DNA of 64,000 nucleotides from Eledone cirrhosa (Eukaryota): NCBI GenBank assembly GCA_964016885.1, contig OZ024745.1, positions 41,602,001 to 41,666,000 of the forward strand, read 5' to 3'. Shown piece by piece: positions 13,328 to 30,670 of this stretch (position 1 is its first letter; each line of letters starts with the position of its first letter). The notes under the pieces were generated by a model. It saw only the letters and a program-made list of their open reading frames with translations, ran no database searches and was not told where the DNA came from. The position numbers and the translations under genes were made by a program.

Positions 13328-13358
<31 letters not shown>

Positions 13359-13395
13359 ATGCTTGTTCTCGCTAAGATCATACGTGTTTCTCTTT

Positions 13396-13464
<69 letters not shown>

Positions 13465-13780
13465 CTCTCTCTCTCATGCTGTTAATAAGGTTTCAGGCCT
13501 TACACTCGGCCACCTTTTTAACTTCTTTCTCTTTCCCCTTGGTTACTGCTACATACATGTCATACATGTACTACTGTCTCGTGTTTGCCCCTCCACTATC
13601 GGTATCTTTTATTTTTTCTTCTGTTTATTTTCTTTCTCTTCGCTATCGTCTCTTTTTTGTCTTTTCCTTCTCTAATAACTTCCTGAAGTTATTAATGCAC
13701 TGTATTGTCCTTAATGCGTCGAAACATCCGAGACCCACAGTAGACAACTGAAGAGGGGAATTGTCTTATGTTTGTGTTTC

Positions 13781-13839
<59 letters not shown>

Positions 13840-13917
13840 CTTTCCTGTACAGGTGAGAGGAGCAATTGTCAATTCACGATGAAATTGAAAGATATTTTAT
13901 TATATATATACATATAT

Positions 13918-14003
<86 letters not shown>

Positions 14004-14005
<2 letters not shown>

Positions 14006-14595
14006 TGCTAAACCTTGATTATATATGTTCTGGCTAGTTAATTTATTAACCTGCCATTGAACCACATTGGCATATGGTTGGACAATACATGTGTCCCTAT
14101 GCGCTTTGTGCGTGTAGGGATATATACTTTATTATTATTCTCCTCTTGGTCGAGAAAAAAATTTGGTCGTTCTGACTGCTGCTAGTTATAGTGGTAGTAA
14201 ACTGACCTCCCTGCCTTTGCTTCTATCTTTACACACGGCACTTGAAGGAATTGCTCCCACATCATTTATGCTCATCTCGGGAACAATTTTGAATAACGCC
14301 AGTCGTAATTTGAACTCGAGAATTTTATATTCTCCGAGTGAAAAGATCCTTCTGACGAGAGTTTTCTTTGCAATGGATGCCGTAAGGACTGTCCATTTAT
14401 TTTTGAAACTCGAAACCGATTCGGTAAAGGTAACCATAGTGAGTAAAGTTAATTTATTGAGTAAAATTTATTTTGAAACTTTTTCTTATTTGCTAAACCT
14501 TGATTATATATATATATATATATATAGGGTTTCCTGTACAGACGGGAGGAACAATTTTGTCACTTCACGATTAAATTGAAAGATATTTTATTAAA
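14004..14595 (+). mobile_element. Non-coding TA-embedded element with terminal repeats (PLE pseudo-LTR/retrozyme-like)
   Basis: ttgctaaaccttgattatata at 14005 and 14490; a ~65-bp repeat at 13837-13903 and 14526-14593; contains an intact hammerhead. Confidence 0.55.
14348..14430 (+). ncRNA. Type-I hammerhead ribozyme, fully canonical core
   Basis: cctt-CTGACGA-gagttt...(aatgga..ccGTAAgg..tccatt)...aaactc-GAAA-CCG-ATT-CGG-TA-aagg; all three stems pair and the triplet is GUA. Confidence 0.85.
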
Positions 14596-14604
14596 TACAT
14601 ACAT

Positions 14605-14662
<58 letters not shown>

Positions 14663-14663
<1 letters not shown>

Positions 14664-14771
14664 AGTGACTCCAGTACCAGTTTCATGTCTAAAATCACTT
14701 ATTCTACCTAGTCGCTAACCCGGTTTAACGCCCCCAGTTTAATCTTAGGATACATTTACTGGAGTCCACTG
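14663..14771. mobile_element. Small MITE (Tc1/Tigger-like TIRs)
   Basis: cagtgactccagta ... tactggagtccactg terminal inverted repeats. Confidence 0.5.
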
Positions 14772-15799
14772 CATTTAAGCATTTTTACAAGGCCTACGCT
14801 CTCTTCCCTGGAGTTAAGGCAATATCCAGGTTAACTGCTTCCATTGTTCTAACTAATGTATTGTGGTTCCTTCTTCAACCTATGACCACCACCATCTGAG
14901 AGACTTGTCTCCGGACAATAAGCGAGCTTCTATATGGTCAATATGACCAATGGATCTGCTAAATATAGCAAACAAATTTCCCTTTAATCAAACCTTACCG
15001 TCTTAAAAATGATATCTCAGACACATCGGATTATGTACTCTTAGATAATGATACCTGAAGCACAACAAATAAGAGGATGGGCATTATTGGAATGATTTCG
15101 ATCATAGAACTACTCGTTGCGGGTTGACTTGGAGCTAAACATCATCCAGGGCGAATGTGAAAGGTTATATATTCAACCTAAGAGTTGAAATCGCATCAAC
15201 ATTATCGGCAACTTACTTCTAATCCTTTCTCTAAAAGGTTATAGAGCTTTAGAGATTGCTTTATTTGTCTATATACACCAATGTGACTGGCGTATTTGGT
15301 CACTTAATAGCAAAGATCGTCTATAAATTATTATAACGTTTTGAGTAAACATTTTCGCAAACCTGTAATGTCTTGTATAAACACGATCAGAAATAGCAAT
15401 TTATCACAAGTAAAACTAGGAATAGATCAATTACATGTTTAACTATTGGCACTGTATCTTCGTGTTATATTTATTCTTTACGTTTTGTCTGTTTACTTTA
15501 ATGTTCTTTTTTTATTTTGTTATGGTCTTTTTCCTCTTGTTTGTTTTTTCTTTCTTTCTTCCTGATTGTTATCCCCCTTTTTGTTGTTATGGTGGTGGTA
15601 GAGGTAAAGGCATCTCCGACTTCGTCTTTCTTGGTTGTTTGGATTAAATAAAGACATTATCCATCTATTACACGTTTATTTCTATTTTCCTCTGTAAAGA
15701 TCTCTTCATCGAAATGCTTAACCATTTACGTTCATGATAAACAAAACATTTTGTATAAAGATCGCCTTAATATTGAGATCGGCCGTTAACTGAATTGAT

Positions 15800-16010
15800 A
15801 GCATTTCCTATCAATCAGATGGTTTTACCATTGAGAACGACTGTTGGCTGAAATATATGTGGTACCTATCTATCAGGTGGTCTTACTGTTGAGAACGGCT
15901 ATTGTCTGAAGTGATGGCGGTGCCTACCTATTAGATGGTGAAGTGATGGCGGCACCTACCTATCGAGCGCTTCATTTGGCTAAAATATTGGCAGTGCCTA
16001 TCTATCAGCC
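15800..16010 (+). repeat. Degenerate ~50-bp minisatellite
   Basis: Repeated cctatc(t/a)atcag(a/g)tgg and tgagaacg(a/g)ct units. Confidence 0.55.
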
Positions 16011-16109
16011 AAACGATTTGTCTTTATACTGTCCTTGATAGAAGCATTTAACTCTCAATGACATATTGCAGCTGTACCTGCTAAACTTCAACCAAACATA
16101 AGCAAATTT

Positions 16110-16760
16110 TTTCCGGTTCTCTGCATTCTGAGTTTAAACATCACCGAGGTAAACTTTGCCTTTCATCATTTCGAGGTTGATAAGATAAATTTTATCAGAA
16201 TGCCGAAATTGTTAGAGCTTTGGACGAGATGCCATGTGGTGTTTTCTCCAGTTATTTGCTTTCTGCGTTCAAACTCCACTGTGGCCTAATTGGATGGTGG
16301 ACTTAATCTGTTGCCCAGTTTAGTACCACCACCTGGTCATTGGATGCTTTTAGATGAGTCGACACTTGCAAGCATTCGGAATTTGAACTCAGCGCAGCAT
16401 AGAAAGTCAGATTAAATGCCACAAAACAATTTGCCTTTTGTTCTACCAATACACCGCTAACTTTCCATGGACTCTTAATTATTGATGGAGTTGTAGGGAC
16501 ACTGTAGTGAGCATTTAAACCTAGCGAAGCCCATCTCTCGGCAAGTCTGTAGACGATGTCTTCCAGAGAAAGAGAGGCGCGATAGAGAGAAAGTGTGAAA
16601 GAGAGCTAGAAGAATCGCCCAGTACTAGAAAGGAATTTCATTTATCCACTACGAAAGGAGGAAAGGCAACGTTGAACTCGACAAGAATTGAACCCAGAAT
16701 GCAGAGGGCGGAAACAAATACCGTAAGGCATTCTACCGACTCTGCCACTTCGCTGTCTTT
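16110..16760. mobile_element. Cluster of diverged SINE remnants
   Basis: ttctgagttt/ttctgcgttcaaa B boxes and aactttgcctttc bodies on both strands. Confidence 0.55.
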
Positions 16761-17238
16761 ATATAACATTACCGCGTACATAATTTGTATAACATAACCA
16801 CAGACATAATTTATATAACAATACCATATATATTGTTTATGTATATAGCATTACTACATAACTTCTCACTCAGAACTGTATTCACATTTCAATTCAGTCA
16901 TGTTGATATTGGTATTCTCTTTCATTCTTAACATCGTTCTTTTTTGCTTTATTATTTATCTCTCTCCTTTTTTCTGATCTTTTTACTTCTTTTCTTTTTC
17001 ACTTCTTTCTTTTTACCATCTTTTCTTCTTTCCTTTCTTCTATTTTTCATTCATTCTTTTTCTTTCTTTCCAATCTTCTTTCTTTAATTCTCCTTTTTTC
17101 TTTCATTTTTTCTTTCGTCCTTCATTTCTTTTCTTTTTTTTCCGTTCTTTCTTTTCTTCTTTCTCCTCTTTTTTTCTATTGTTTTTCTCTTTGCTTCCTT
17201 TATACATACTTTCTTTGATTTTTTATTTATTTATTCAG

Positions 17239-17310
17239 AAACCCGTTGCTGTTCATGATATCTATATTTTGCGAGAAACTGATATCGCGAAATATGCTGA
17301 CATCGATTAA
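17239..17310 (+). CDS. Candidate terminal coding exon of the secreted peptide (KPVAVHDIYILRETDIAKYADID*)
   Basis: Preceded by a ~300-nt pyrimidine tract and ttcAG. Phase 0 matches exon 1 and repeats the KPVA motif. AATAAA at 17483 with a downstream GT-rich tract. Confidence 0.5.
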   Translation, partial: KPVAVHDIYILRETDIAKYADID

Positions 17311-17552
17311 CAAAATATCAGTTCAATACAACATAACGAAGGGAAGAAATGATTTCTTGAAATAATAGTGGTAAGCCAGAATGGAAACAGGGACATAGTG
17401 ACATTTACCAAACAGTCGTTTTATTACAAATGTTTGGTAGATCGCCGAAACTTAGAAGTCACTGTCATCATTTTCTTCTGAAAATAAAACGTATACTCTA
17501 CTCGTGTGTGTTGAGTGCTCATTCAGTTGTTCGACCGTCCTATGAACATTTC

Positions 17553-17634
<82 letters not shown>

Positions 17635-17840
17635 AATTCGAAGTTTGAAAGCTCCCTTGACCTGTCCAGACCTTAATTTTAAAACAAAAGAGATTCGGAA
17701 AAAAAAACATATAATAAAACCACTTCCGGCCAGCATGGCAAACCGGACATCGGAATAGTTCCTTTATTTTCCGCGGAAGAAGAGATATTGATCTCAAAAT
17801 ATCAGGACACATGTATAAATTAAGGTAAAAAAAAATACTT

Positions 17841-18020
17841 GTGGATTGGCAGTATCTGTAGAGGGTCGGACGCCATGCTTTGACGTATAGAGTTACGGCC
17901 CTTGCCATTCTGAGTTCAAATCCCGCCGAGGTTAACTTTGCCTTTCTTCCTTACGGGGTCGATAAAATATAGTACCAGTCGATAAAATAAAGTACCAGTA
18001 ATGCACTGAGTAATTGCCGC
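17841..18020 (+). mobile_element. tRNA/Nin-type SINE (same family as 5331-5517)
   Basis: Near-identical to the 5331-5517 copy, with a small internal duplication of gtcgataaaat..agtacca. Confidence 0.85.
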
Positions 18021-18208
18021 CCGATTCGCATTGTCGTGACTGTCAAACTTCGAATTCGTTATACCATATAGAAGGCTTCAAGTAAACTACAAATTCCGTC
18101 CTATTTATATACTTTATAAATATATATATATATATACAAGGGCGGTGCCCCAGCATGGCCTCAGCCGGATGGCTGAAACAGGTAAAAGAGTAAAAGAGTA
18201 TATATATA

Positions 18209-18960
18209 TATAAAGAATTGGTATATCTACCGACATATATATACAGATGCATACCTATGCTAGCAAATATATAGGTTTTGTCTTAGTAACTTTGTAGTTC
18301 AATGCAAGGGGATGCAGAACAATTACATGAAAGACGTAAAATAAGAAAATTATAAAAATTAACTTACTTACTAAAATTTCACTCCAACTAATTAGTTTCT
18401 GAAAGGGAATAAACATGGTTTCCGATGGAACACATGGAGAATGCCTTTCGTCATCAGGAAATCAATTCTCAGCTAACTTCCCAGGCGATGCGTGGACACA
18501 GGGAACTTATACAAAAATAATTCAGTGGATGGAAAAAAGCAAGCGAGGACTAAATTCCAAGACATTGAAAAAATCACTGCCTACTTGGTCGGTGGCAAAT
18601 TCAAAGAATCAATCACGTGACATCGAGGTTAATCAGTGAGGAGTGGGGTGTTAAGAAGACAGTAGCCGAACCATTACTATGATCTATAGTAGCAGTTTTG
18701 GCAAATTTTTGCTCAACAAAATAATTTGGAGATAATTATAAAGAATTAGTATATCTACCAACATATATATACAGATGCATACCTATGCTAGCAAATATAT
18801 AGGTTTTGTCTCAGTAACTTTGTGGTTCAATGCAAGGGGATGCAGAACAATTATATGAAAGACGTAAAATAAGAAAATTATAAAAATTAACTTACTTACT
18901 AAAATTCCACTCCAACTAATTAGTTTCTGAAAGGGAATAAACATGGTTTCCGAATGGAAA
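18209..18960 (-). mobile_element. Non-autonomous element with ~220-bp direct terminal repeats in TA tracts (PLE partial-tandem type)
   Basis: 18209-18430 is nearly identical to 18737-18960; the hammerhead overlaps the repeat boundary. Confidence 0.75.
18381..18462 (-). ncRNA. Type-I hammerhead ribozyme motif
   Basis: atttc-CTGATGA-cgaaagg...cctttca-GAAA-CTAATTAG-TT-ggagt; palindromic stem III and GUU triplet. Confidence 0.75.
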
Positions 18961-19418
18961 TATATATATATATATGGGGGTGGTGTATTGTAGTGCTTGC
19001 GGTAAGACCTCAGATTTCTTATATATATATATAAACTCCGTTTCAACATCCTCGGTTTGCTTAGGGAGTTTTCTGAATTTTGATGTATTAATAGCCGCAT
19101 TAATTTTTCTTCATTTTGAATTGATATTTTTGTACAATAATGTCTCGCTTAACTTAATAAATAAGTTTCCAAAATATGCAGCGCTGTACGGTGTCAATAA
19201 ATCACAACATAAATATATATATGAGAAATTTAATGTATGTATAAGTTCAGTTATCGGTTTTGCTATGAATGCGTAAAGCATTCTGTCATTCTTTTTCAGG
19301 TTATGAAATAAAAAGGACAATTTAAAAAAGCCAAATATTGTGTTTATATCTAAGAAGTTCCACATAATTGTCTTGACATTTATGTATGTCTAGTAATTAG
19401 TAATATATATATATATAT

Positions 19419-19815
19419 AATCGCTGCTTTCACCGTTAAGGGTGAAAGCACCGATTCTTTGCTTAAACTTTAATCTGTTATTTTAATAAATATTTGCTCT
19501 AGGGTTCTTATATATTTGATATATATTTATCCTTATCGAGCCCTCTTTGGATTTTAGTCTTCATATTTATTATTATTACTATATATATATACATATATAT
19601 ATATATAGTAATAATAGTAAATATATATATATATATATAGTAATAATAATAAATATGAAGACTAAAATCCAAATATATATCAAATATATAAGAACCCTAG
19701 AGCAAATATTTATTAAAATAACAGATTAAAGTTTAAGCAAAGAATCGGTGCTTTCACCCTTAACGGTGAAAGTAGCGATTCTTTGCTTAAACTTTAATCT
19801 GTTATTTTGATAAAT
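19419..19815. repeat. Foldback element centred on TA/TAA microsatellite
   Basis: 19419-~19580 is the reverse complement of ~19635-19780, followed by a re-inverted segment at 19777-19815. Confidence 0.85.
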
Positions 19816-19830
19816 AAATATATATATATG

Positions 19831-20492
19831 TATCACGATAAATTAACGGAGCCATAGACACTCGTTATTCTCTGTAAATGATGTGCTCAAAGGAAAAGGA
19901 ATCCTGAGCTCTTTAAAATACAATATGTTGAAAGGGTAACACACTAGAGAGAGAGAGTGTGTGTGTGTGCCATCAATAAAACAGGTGAGCCACCAGTGTA
20001 CGGATTCTATAACTTATGGAAGGCAGGGTAGACACACAATAATTAACGACAGTCTATGGCTCAGTTAATTTATCGTGATATTTCGCTCCTTACAACAGTC
20101 TTTCCTCTCTCTCTGTTTGGTTGAACACATCTCTTTGAGTGGTTTTGGGGCTGCCCTTTCTAGCAGCTCGTCCCTCAGATACCACTGGTTCACTGTCCTA
20201 CGCACGCTGTCACTTCTCTCTGCCGCGTGTTGTTGGACGGTTGTCTTAGATTTTCTTAGAGTTATCTGGAATATATTTGTCTTACACGCGCTGATGACCC
20301 ATAGGCGATTCCATTTCAGTCAACAATTTCTTGGGAAAACAGATCTCTTTGTATTTGTACGCGTGTGTTATATAGTTATAGAGGTGCGTATATACATTTT
20401 AATTTATATTTTTAATTATTGTGTGTCTACCCTGCCTTCCATAGATTATAGATTCCATACACTGGTGACTCTCCTGTTTTATTGATGGCACA

Positions 20493-20528
<36 letters not shown>

Positions 20529-20549
20529 TGTTACCCTTTCAACATATTG

Positions 20550-20553
<4 letters not shown>
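19831..20553. repeat. Nested inverted repeats between TA tracts
   Basis: 19831-19867 pairs with 20043-20080; ~19916-20045 pairs with ~20413-20553. Confidence 0.8.
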
Positions 20554-20595
<42 letters not shown>

Positions 20596-21238
20596 CGCAC
20601 TTGTCCTACATGGTTTAAACACATACAGGAACTCCAAATACTGTTTGAGAGACACTCCACTCACTTATACAAAGTGCGCACAGAAGTTACAAATACACAT
20701 AAACACAGGAACATACATGTATACACTATCAAACACACACCAGGAACAGACAGGCACTCACACGTGCACCTTAACTGCACCTACATAACAACACCACTGA
20801 TTGACACGGATGCTCTCTCACCACTACAGCATACACACGCTCGTGCAAAATAACATACACCCTTCATTCCTGTCACCTTCACCCCTCTTAATGAACCCCC
20901 ACACCCTTTTTATCTAATTTCTCTTCCAACAGTTTCTCTCATATAACTTTTTATTTTCATCTCTCTCCTGTTGATGGACTAACGTTCGATATGTTTACAC
21001 TTATTTTCATTTCACACAAGCGTTAATCTAATATTTTTTTAATTCTTCTCCCTGTTTGTTCTTGAGTTTTGATCTTGCATTATAAATAGGTGTGCATATG
21101 TGCATATCAATGTAAGTATAAATATAAACAAAATTATCTCGAATATGGAATTTTGAAAAGTGGGTATTTTAGAATTCGTAAGAAAATAGTCCTTTCAGCC
21201 AAATCATTGAAACTGCAGGTGGTCTGAAAGCTGATATG

Positions 21239-21847
21239 CAGTGGCGGACTAGGTCTAAAAATATTGGTTGCCAGGAGATGAAGGGGGCCCACCTACATAT
21301 AGAATGCTATCATTTAATTTTTATAATGAATAAATAACATTTTCGAAAAATACATAAGTGGAAACAAAACAGTGCCATCAAATTTTTGTGGGAAAATATC
21401 TTACCTTCTCCAATAAAAATATTATGTATTTTGCGAAATCCAGAGATTTTCAATAATGAACAGAAGTCGACACTAAATATTACTAGTAGCTCTAGGAAAG
21501 CCATGAATGACACCACATCATTTTAACTTTGATTTTGAAAGTAGGTTTATAATTATCAATTTTCACTGTACTTTTGTAGCTGTTTCGGTGGCCGAGTTGG
21601 AGGAATCATAGCCGATGATGATCCTGGTCTGAAGTTTGATCCTGGTGGGGAGTAAGATTCCCAGTAAACCTTTTCACTTTTTTTTTTCCATGGATTGTAA
21701 AATAAAAACTATAAAAAGGTTACATGTACTTCTTGACCAGAATTGAAACCAAGGCCAGGAACTACAACTTCTCTAGTGCCTACCGCTAGGCCAAAGAGAC
21801 AACTACGAAAATCTTTTTTTGTTTTTATTCATACTTATAAACCACTG
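21239..21847. mobile_element. Non-autonomous hAT-type DNA transposon
   Basis: CAGTGG...CCACTG termini with a perfect 8-bp TSD CTGATATG (21231-21238 and 21848-21855). Confidence 0.75.
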
Positions 21848-22754
21848 CTGATATGTGTATTTTAATGTTTGTGATCTCCTCTCATCCATTCTATTTCTTC
21901 CTTCCTATCAATTCTTTGAGTCAACTCACTTCGATCCGCTAATTTCTGTCCTTCAAGGTAATTTTACCCTACGCAGTTTCGATGATATTTTGCTGTTTTA
22001 ACAGCTACCTTACGACGAGTTTTTCTATTTTCCCACGTAAGTATAAATGTTTGTGTGTGTACGCGCGCGTATAAATATGTTTGTTCGCGAATAAATGTAT
22101 GTGTGTGCGTGCGTATATAAATGCGTGTGTGTGAGCGTATAAATATGTGTGTGTGTCTATGTGTGTGTGTGAGAGAGAGGGAGTGTGTATATTATATATA
22201 TATATATACAAAGAGAGAGAGAGTGTATATTATATATATATATATATATATATACAAAGTGTTAAAACAATCAAATTTTAGTTTAGAACATTTATTTGCT
22301 GACAATTGTTTCTTCCAGAAGGAAGTCTGGAATCATCGGAGGATAGGGAATGTCATGTGACTAAATTCCTAGTCATTCAGAACATTTAGGATACATAAAT
22401 GTTGTTAGTGTCATAGACATCATGTGGAGAATCAGAAGCTAAAAAGATGTTATGTTTGAGAGAGCACAATTACAAGCAGCACTAGTTGATAGTGTCAGAG
22501 GTATATATTCAAAACTAAGTCCATTACGAGAAATTGAAATAGGGAAAAAAAAATTAGATCAGAATAGTAGAAGAACCATAGATAAGCAAACCTACACCCC
22601 CAACCCCCCAACACAGACTACATACATACATACATACATACATACATACATACATACATACATACATACATACATACATACATACATACATACGCGCACA
22701 CACACATATATATGTGTGTGTGTTGTCTATGTGTGTGTATGTACACACACACGT

Positions 22755-22825
<71 letters not shown>

Positions 22826-22833
<8 letters not shown>

Positions 22834-23525
22834 GGGTGAGAAGAATACTGCTGGTTGCACATGGATAACATGGTTGCACATCAGTGATTTACCAAACGAT
22901 CATGGGTATTTCATCGCATTAAAAATCATATACCTCACGTTGGAGCGATAATAACTAAAATAAGTTATTAGGACAATAGAAACGTGTAAAGCGAGTGAGA
23001 CAAGTAAACAACACAGGGGGAAGCTAACCGAAGATGGAAATAAACGCAAGCACATAGTTATTCTTTCAGCATAAGCTGTGTGAATATATGAGCGAGTCAG
23101 AAACAAACCTTTCGCTAGTGAATCCGGTGTTAGAAAGAATGAAAACCGTTTTCCCAGCGAACGGGAGGAAGAAAGAAGGGGAGAAACAGAGACTGAGTGA
23201 GTGGGAGTGCGAGGAAGAGGTCAGTAGAGAGAAAGAGTTAACTGACATGGCAGAGGGGACGAAAGAAAGTAATAGAAACAGAGAGAACGAGGGAGCAGTA
23301 AGAGAGGAAGAGAGAAACACAGAATTGCAGTTTGGGTAAATATATGAAAAATATGGGTGAGAAGAATACTGCTGGTTGCACATGGATAACATGTTATAAA
23401 ATGAGTCCCTCATCAGTGATTTACCAAACGATCATGGGTATTTCATCGCATTAAAAATCATATACCTCACGTTGGAGCGATAATAACTAAAATAAGTTAT
23501 TAGGACAATAGAAACGCGTAAAGCA
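22826..23525 (-). mobile_element. TA-embedded element with ~165-bp direct terminal repeats (PLE pseudo-LTR-like)
   Basis: 22826-22993 is nearly identical to 23347-23524; a diverged homolog lies inverted at 23603-23945. Confidence 0.7.
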
Positions 23526-23530
23526 TATAA

Positions 23531-23604
<74 letters not shown>

Positions 23605-23984
23605 TCTTTAATGCGAAGAAATACCGATGATGGTCAGAAGATCACTGATGATGGACAGTCCCTTTTCTCGCTCTATTTTTCATTCATATATATCACACTC
23701 GCAACCACGCAGCACGCCATTTTGTCATTCATATATAATTTTTCTTCTCGCTGTGGTTCGTCTTTTTCTATCACCTTACTGCTATCCTCTTTCTCCCCCT
23801 CCCCATTCTCTCTCCTTGTACCTCTTGCTTTCATTCACTCCCTCTGCTGGTCACACTCTCTCGGCTGGCCTCTTCCTCACACTTTCACTCACTCACTGTC
23901 TACTGCTCCACCTCTCTCACCTCCTCCCGTCTAACCTGTGGGAAATCCTTTTCTTGCTCACATTTCGCATATATATATGTTTTT

Positions 23985-24760
<776 letters not shown>

Positions 24761-24908
24761 GTATTTTCCGTTGTGTTGTAATATAAATATTACACACAGT
24801 AGATTATCAGCTCACGTAGAGTTTGCTCGACGGTTCCAGTTGTAGTTCCAAAAGTAATCCGGAGAAAAATAGAAAGATTTGAATGGATACAGTTTAGTTG
24901 AAAGGAAT

Positions 24909-25025
24909 TTATTGACACGTGTTTCTATAACAGTTACATAACCTAAAACAGCTATCTACAAACTTTTAGTTATGCAGACATTCAATATTTCAATGTTATT
25001 ATTTACTGTCATTTCATCAGAATAA
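24909..25025 (-). ncRNA. Hammerhead ribozyme motif (inverted copy)
   Basis: Reverse complement of 26621-26737. Confidence 0.75.
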
Positions 25026-25974
25026 TATTACTGAGGACCTATTTAGTTTTTATAGAGAATATTAGGAGGGAGGGGTGAAGTTGTTAGAAGAATAGTTGAA
25101 GGAGTGGTTTTTCGATAGCAGTGAGAATTCTTGGTGGCAGTGAGTAATTAGATTCCCATCTGTTGTTTTGACATTTTTTATAGAATATATTATTGGTTAT
25201 TTTTCTAAATCTATAGAAGGATTAGAGATAGTAAAGATATGCGTGGTTGGTTTTGTGTTTGCACTTAACATTCAGACTTAAATTTTTCTTTCAAGTGTAG
25301 TATTCTTTCACCCACGCATTCACACACAAATATATTTGCACACCTTAAATCTCGATTGTATAGGCATTCTTACTCAATAAAACACCAGAGCCAAAGAAAT
25401 GTAACAACTTTAGCAGAAAAAGCTTGGACGCTCAGGGATAGCAATCAAAAGTTTACCCTAAAATGGGAAAAATTAGCTAAAACCCAAAGCTTTTCCAGGA
25501 GCCAAAATTTCTGCAAATTGTGTAATCTTGAGATTTATTACATAATCACACACAAGAAGAAACTGCTGAATAACAGAATTGAACGAACATTATTCTGCCG
25601 TCACAGAACTAAAACCCTTTTTTCCCACTACAAGCAGAATATTACATAAAAGAGGGACATCCCCCAACTATATAAACCTTAATCTAGTTAGAAAAATATA
25701 AAAACAATCTCTTCTCAACATATATTAATAACCTTAAATTACCATACTAATAATGAAAAGATATGCTGATGAGAATAGGTACAAATATGCGATAATGAAT
25801 GTGTCTAAAAACGTCCATAAGTATGTGTATATATATGTGAAAATGTATATAAATAAGTAAATATATATATATGTTTGATGTGTATAGTTAGATGTAAGTG
25901 TATTCATGTATTAAAGTGCTTATATATATATATATGTGTGTGTGTATGTGTGTATATGTGTATGTGTGTATATG

Positions 25975-26071
<97 letters not shown>

Positions 26072-26620
26072 GTGTATGTGGATGTGTATGTATGTGTATG
26101 TGTGTACACATGGACTAGAGTATGTATGTATATATGTGTGTGTCTATACGTGTGTATATATAAAGATAAGTTGAGTATGAAAATGTATACACATGAGCGC
26201 GTATGTATGTACATGAATACATGTGTGTATATATATGTGTATGCATGTGTATATATATGTAAGTATGAATATGTGAATTGTGAGTATATGTATTTTGTAG
26301 AGGTGTGCAAATATATTTGTGTGTGAATGCGTGGGTGAAAGAATACTACACTTGAAAGAAAAATTTAAGTCTGAATGTTAAGTGCAAACACAAAACCAAC
26401 CACGCATATCTTTACTATCTCTAATCCTTCTATAGATTTAGAAAAATAACCAATAATATATTCTATAAAAAATGTCAAAACAACAGATGGGAATCTAATT
26501 ACTCACTGCCACCAAGAATTCTCACTGCTATCGAAAAACCACTCCTTCAACTATTCTTCTAACAACTTCACCCCTCCCTCCTAATATTCTCTATAAAAAC
26601 TAAATAGGTCCTCAGTAATA

Positions 26621-26737
26621 TTATTCTGATGAAATGACAGTAAATAATAACATTGAAATATTGAATGTCTGCATAACTAAAAGTTTGTAGATAGCTGTTT
26701 TAGGTTATGTAACTGTTATAGAAACACGTGTCAATAA
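26621..26737 (+). ncRNA. Type-I hammerhead ribozyme motif with ~70-nt stem-II insertion
   Basis: ttatt-CTGATGA-aatgacagt...actgttata-GAAAC-ACGT-GTC-aataa. Confidence 0.78.
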
Positions 26738-26771
26738 ATTCCTTTCAACTAAACTGTATCCATTCAAATCT

Positions 26772-27740
<969 letters not shown>

Positions 27741-27834
27741 ATACGGCTCTGCTCCAAAGCATAGAGCTAATTATTATGCTGCCAATACCTTAATGGGACA
27801 CGGGTATACAATATCTAACTCCTATTAACCTAAG

Positions 27835-30670
<2,836 letters not shown>

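Noticed and set aside
14163-14579. ORFs 14163-14579 (+) and 14186-14437 (-)
   Set aside because: No recognisable motifs; they overlap a structured hammerhead element and are better explained as non-coding.
15800-16010. Repeat-spacer-like periodicity
   Set aside because: Degenerate minisatellite in eukaryotic DNA with no unique spacers or cas genes; not CRISPR.
20285-20355. CTGATGA-ccca...tggg-AAAAC hammerhead-like motif (similar degenerate traces at ~960, ~8180-8275, ~13680-13785, ~20965)
   Set aside because: Core or stem III is mutated or truncated; at most dead remnants.
23088-23339. 83-aa Glu/Arg-rich ORF
   Set aside because: Translation of a GA-rich repeat body inside a terminally repeated element.
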